In this document: positions 60,727 to 64,000 of the stretch, piece by piece
Layout of the letters: each line of letters opens with the position of its first letter
How positions within the stretch are numbered: position 1 is the stretch's first letter
NCBI GenBank assembly: GCA_965203965.1
Contig: CBDBDR010000017.1
Location: forward strand, 278,440-342,439
Length of the DNA: 64,000 nt
Origin: Thermodesulfobacteriota bacterium
Lineage (GTDB): Bacteria > Desulfobacterota_D > UBA1144 > Nemesobacterales > JAJCZQ01
Direction: 5' to 3'
Program-made: the position numbers and the translations under genes
The notes under the pieces: generated by a model
What the model was told of the DNA's origin: nothing
The model's input: only the letters and a program-made list of their open reading frames with translations
The model's database searches: none

Positions 60727-60897
60727 ATGCCTGATTTTCTATTTGACGAAAAAAGCCTCTCCCAGATCCCAGCTTTACAGCAGTTGATCAATCCAGTGCA
60801 ACAATTGGTTTTTGGGATGAATGGAAGAAAGAAAAGGATGGACAAAGGAATAAAAGAATCTATTGAAACATTAAGAAAACAGAGTAAATCTCAATGA
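60727..60897 (+). pseudogene. Duplicated 5' fragment of hsdR (first ~21 codons, MPDFLFDEKSLSQIPALQQLI) followed by unrelated sequence
   Basis: Near-identical to the hsdR start at 62223 (MPDFLSDEKCLSQIPALQQLI). The preceding ~60 nt also match the 3' end of the intact ATPase gene. Confidence 0.5.
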
Positions 60898-60946
60898 AAA
60901 TAACACTAAAACAGGGGAAGCAAGCACTGCTTTTAAATAACAAAAA

Positions 60947-60986
60947 TGTTCAATACATTGAACATTTTTGTTCAATGTATTGAACA
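60947..60986. promoter_or_regulatory. Two tandem operator-like palindromes (TGTTCAAT-ac-ATTGAACA and TGTTCAAT-gt-ATTGAACA, centres 22 bp apart) 32 bp upstream of the ATPase gene
   Basis: Perfect 8-bp inverted arms. Single copies or remnants precede each ATPase 5' fragment (58595-58612, 60362-60379, partial at 57927-57945). Confidence 0.4.
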
Positions 60987-61017
60987 AAATTGTTCAGTCT
61001 GATAATCTTTTTAGGCG

Positions 61018-62223
61018 ATGAAAAGTCCGAAATTCATAAGACCTCAAGCCACCGAATTATTGCGACGACTCAAAGAGCCTCGCCGGTTTATTCAATCCAT
61101 ATCGGGGGCGAGGCAGATCGGCAAAACAACCCTTGCCCTACAAGTGGCAGAGCAAAGCCGATTGCCTTATCACTTTGCAAGTGCTGATAGGCCGACGCTT
61201 CGCGCCGGTGATGGATGGATCGTGTCGCAATGGAAGGAGGCGCGACATCTGGCGGAACAATCAAAAAGGAAAGGCGCTTTGCTGATATTGGATGAGGTGC
61301 ATAAGGTTCCACACTGGCCAGCGACTGTAAAAGGTCTTTGGGATGAAGATACTCGCATGAAAAGAATGGTGAAGGTGGTGCTGCTCGGTTCAGCACCGCT
61401 GTTGATCGGGCGAGGACTTACGGAAAGCCTCGCCGGGCGTTTTGAAACCGTGTATCTGCCACATTGGAGTTTTCCCGAGATGCGAGATGCCTTCGGATGG
61501 GATTTGCAACAATATCTTTTTTACGGTGCCTATCCGGGAGCCTCACCCTTCATAAAACAGCCGGCGCGCTGGTCGCGCTACATAAAGAACTCTCTTATAG
61601 AAACAACCATTTCCCGCGATGTGCTTTTATTTTCCCCTGTGGACAAACCGGCTTTGCTTAGGCAATTGTTCGAGATGGGTTGTTCCTATTCGGGGCAGGT
61701 ACTCTCTTACAGAAAACTTGCAGGACTGCTTCAGGATAAAGGTAACGTTACCACCCTTGCGCATTACCTTGACTTGCTCGCCGGAGTCGGCACGGTTGCC
61801 GGGTTGCAAAAATATGCGGGTAGCTTCGGGGCACGCCGGCGTTCCATACCCAAACTTCAAGTCTTCAACACTGCCCTGATCACCGCGCAATCTGGGATGA
61901 CCTGGCAGGAGGTGTTCAAAGATGGACGACTGCTGGGGCGGCTTACGGAGTCGGCCGTGGGAGCTCATCTGCTCAATGCAGCCACTGGCGGGGAGTGTGA
62001 ATTATTCTATTGGCGAGATAACAATCGCGAAGTAGATTTTGTTTTGCGCAGAGGAAAGAAGCTTGTTGCCATAGAAGTAAAAAGCGGTAAAATGCCTGTT
62101 TCGTTTCCCGGATTGGATGCTTTTTCCAAAATATTCAAAACTGCTCAGCAGTTGATTGTTGGTGAAGGCGGAATTCCCATTGATCGTTTCCTGTCAACAC
62201 CTGCGGAACATTGGTTAAATTGA
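61018..62223 (+). CDS. AAA+ ATPase of the AAA_14/DUF4143 family
   Basis: Walker A SGARQIGKTTLA, Walker B LLILDEVHK, C-terminal DUF4143-like region. Strongly GC-rich compared with its surroundings. Its stop overlaps the hsdR ATG. Confidence 0.8.
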   Translation: MKSPKFIRPQATELLRRLKEPRRFIQSISGARQIGKTTLALQVAEQSRLPYHFASADRPTLRAGDGWIVSQWKEARHLAEQSKRKGALLILDEVHKVPHWPATVKGLWDEDTRMKRMVKVVLLGSAPLLIGRGLTESLAGRFETVYLPHWSFPEMRDAFGWDLQQYLFYGAYPGASPFIKQPARWSRYIKNSLIETTISRDVLLFSPVDKPALLRQLFEMGCSYSGQVLSYRKLAGLLQDKGNVTTLAHYLDLLAGVGTVAGLQKYAGSFGARRRSIPKLQVFNTALITAQSGMTWQEVFKDGRLLGRLTESAVGAHLLNAATGGECELFYWRDNNREVDFVLRRGKKLVAIEVKSGKMPVSFPGLDAFSKIFKTAQQLIVGEGGIPIDRFLSTPAEHWLN

Positions 62224-64000
62224 TGCCTGATTTTCTATCTGACGAAAAATGCCTCTCCCAGATCCCAGCTTTACAGCAACTGATAAATCTGGGCTATGAG
62301 TATCTGCCACCTGAACAGGCGTTTCAGGAACGCAATAGCAAATACGGCAATGTTTTGCTGGAAAACATACTGCGAGACCAACTCAAAAAAATAAACCGCA
62401 TTAATTATAGAGGCAGAGAATACCTTTTCAGTGAGGAGAACATTCAGTCTGCCATTGAGAAGATCAAAAACATTCCATATGACGGTTTGATAAAAACAAA
62501 TGAAAAGATCTACGATCTTTTGACGCTTGGCACGTCGCTTAAGCAGACCATTGAGGGCGATTCCAAAAGTCACACACTTCGCTATATTGACTGGGAAAAT
62601 ACGAATGCAAATGTTTTTCACGCCACTGCGGAGTTTTCGGTTGAACGTTCCCGGAGTTCTGAAACTGTAAGACCGGACATTGTGCTGTTTGTAAACGGCA
62701 TTCCTCTTGTTGTGATTGAGTGCAAAACGTCCGGAGTTGCCGTGGATGAAGGCGTTTCTCAGATGATCCGCAATCAGGGAGAGGATCATATTCCTCGCCT
62801 TTTTACTTATGTGCAGTTGGTAATGGCTGTAAATAAGAATGAGGCAAAATACGCGACCGCCGGAACTTCAAAGAAATTCTGGAGCGTCTGGAAAGAGTTA
62901 GAAGATCACGAAGATGAAACAAAAACCATTGTGGATCAACCGCTTTCAGATGAGAACAAGAATGTTCTTTTTTCTTCCAATGAATTTGCTTATGCCCGTG
63001 CGCATTTTGATAAAATTGAGAGCCAAGGTGGACGTCTTGTTACGGAACAAGATAAAGCAGTTCATAGCCTGTGCCGTCCTGAGCGCCTGCTTGAGATCGT
63101 TTACGGGTTTACAATTTTTGATAGTAAAACAAAAAAAATTGCCAGATACCAACAGTTCTTTCTTGTTCGCTCGGCAATTAAAAACATCAAAACAAAAAAC
63201 AGTGAGGGTGTGAGAAAAGGTGGGATCGTGTGGCACACGCAAGGTTCTGGTAAATCCATAACAATGGTTATGCTCACGCGAGCCCTTGTGATGGATCCGG
63301 AACTGAAAAACACGCGGATCATTCTTGTTACAGACCGCAAAGATCTGGACGAACAACTCGGCAACACCTTTGCTGCTTGCGGTTTGAACAAAGAACGCGC
63401 CACTTCGGGACGTGATCTGGTCAAGCATATAAAACGCAAGACGGACATTATCACCACGTTGATAAACAAATTTGAAACGGCATCTGCTGCCGAAAAATAC
63501 GTAGATGATTCACCTGATATTATCGCTCTTGTGGACGAGAGCCACCGCACAAATTTCGGGGAATTGTCCGCAAATATGAGGAGGATGCTTCCAAAGGCAT
63601 GCTTTATAGGTTTTACCGGCACTCCGTTGCTAAAAAAAGAGAAAAACAGTTTTGCGCGCTTTGGGGAGTTGATTGAGCCGTCTTATCCGGTCAGAGCAGC
63701 CATAGATGACAAACAGGTTGTCCCTCTGATCTACGAGGGTCGGCATGTGGAGATAAAACAGGATAAAGAAGCCATTGATAAATGGTTTGCCCGTCATACT
63801 GAGGGGCTTTCCGATAAACAGAAAACTGATCTAAAGAAAAAATATTCACGTGCTGCAAAACTGAACAATTCCGATAGGGTCATCTATATGACGGCTTTTG
63901 ACATTAGCGAGCATTTTCGCGCCAATTGGAAAGAGACGGGAGAGATGGGATTTAAGGCTCAACTTGTGGCTCTGAACAAGGCAACTGCTCTTAAATATCA
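62223..64000 (+). CDS. hsdR: Type I restriction enzyme R subunit HsdR, N-terminal ~592 codons; continues beyond the window
   Basis: The reading frame is open to the window end. HsdR N-terminal nuclease region (…IVLFVNGIPLVVIECKTSG…) and SF2 helicase motifs (TQGSGKS, VDESHR). Absent from the ORF track because there is no stop in the window. Confidence 0.85.
   Translation, partial: MPDFLSDEKCLSQIPALQQLINLGYEYLPPEQAFQERNSKYGNVLLENILRDQLKKINRINYRGREYLFSEENIQSAIEKIKNIPYDGLIKTNEKIYDLLTLGTSLKQTIEGDSKSHTLRYIDWENTNANVFHATAEFSVERSRSSETVRPDIVLFVNGIPLVVIECKTSGVAVDEGVSQMIRNQGEDHIPRLFTYVQLVMAVNKNEAKYATAGTSKKFWSVWKELEDHEDETKTIVDQPLSDENKNVLFSSNEFAYARAHFDKIESQGGRLVTEQDKAVHSLCRPERLLEIVYGFTIFDSKTKKIARYQQFFLVRSAIKNIKTKNSEGVRKGGIVWHTQGSGKSITMVMLTRALVMDPELKNTRIILVTDRKDLDEQLGNTFAACGLNKERATSGRDLVKHIKRKTDIITTLINKFETASAAEKYVDDSPDIIALVDESHRTNFGELSANMRRMLPKACFIGFTGTPLLKKEKNSFARFGELIEPSYPVRAAIDDKQVVPLIYEGRHVEIKQDKEAIDKWFARHTEGLSDKQKTDLKKKYSRAAKLNNSDRVIYMTAFDISEHFRANWKETGEMGFKAQLVALNKATALKY

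Noticed and set aside
60940-60990. Interpreting TGTTCAAT-N2-ATTGAACA as a LexA/SOS box because a DinD-like fragment is nearby
   Set aside because: The motif does not match known LexA consensus families, and the DinD fragment is a decayed cargo remnant. More likely it is an operator for an unidentified HTH regulator that travels with the ATPase module.
62271-63622. Minus-strand ORFs 62271-62789, 62946-63428 and 63101-63622
   Set aside because: Antisense to the hsdR reading frame, which is open from 62223 to the window end and carries HsdR nuclease and helicase motifs.

Overview
This is a low-GC (~38%) chromosomal segment from a diderm (Gram-negative-type) bacterium. Supporting the diderm call are a TonB-dependent receptor, a beta-barrel porin and the System I cytochrome c maturation genes ccmABCDEF.

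Most of the window is housekeeping: SPFH protein, RNase II/R, pyrG, rdgB, smpB-ssrA (tmRNA), ispG, an initiator-type tRNA-Met, pepF, hpt, folK-folB-SDR, an Aap-like amino-acid ABC transporter, tkt-pgi-rpiA, a heterodimeric ABC exporter, gltA, an M42 peptidase, rarA, gloA, rsmE and a cobA-hemD fusion.

Three accessory regions stand out.

1. ~32.9-37.3 kb: a GC-rich (>50%) island carrying an MmeI-family single-chain Type IIG/IIL restriction-modification enzyme (PD-x-EAK nuclease, gamma-class NPPY methyltransferase, target-recognition domain). It also holds a tightly coupled small ORF, a RhuM/Fic-like gene and a truncated DPPF-methyltransferase fragment. The target-recognition segment of the RM gene differs in composition from the rest of the gene, a mosaic pattern. 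The island ends at a 25-bp IS1595-transposase-derived repeat.

2. ~41.0-42.3 kb: a small mobile/phage remnant with an XhlA-like membrane protein, a HicAB toxin-antitoxin pair and an IS1595 transposase C-terminal fragment.

3. ~52.7-64 kb: a Type I RM operon (half-hsdS, hsdM, full hsdS, and hsdR running off the window) that has been expanded into a highly rearranged defense island. This is the most interesting part. hsdS is fused in-frame to a ~320-aa domain carrying an Rx4H (HEPN-like) motif. The ~80-nt hsdS 3' end occurs three more times downstream. Two ~650-bp direct repeats (≥90% identical over their cores) bracket a patatin-like phospholipase gene. Several AAA ATPase 5' fragments (AAA_15-like and DUF4143-like) and a duplicated hsdR 5' stub are scattered through the locus. 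An intact GC-rich DUF4143 AAA ATPase gene, preceded by tandem TGTTCAAT-N2-ATTGAACA palindromes, overlaps the hsdR start.

Smaller observations: a CXXXY (Cys-type) CcmE; 11-bp-phased TTTAAA repeat arrays at two distant intergenic loci; duplicated 35-nt elements in a 590-bp gene-free region; and a candidate PD-(D/E)xK protein next to the tmRNA 3' flank.
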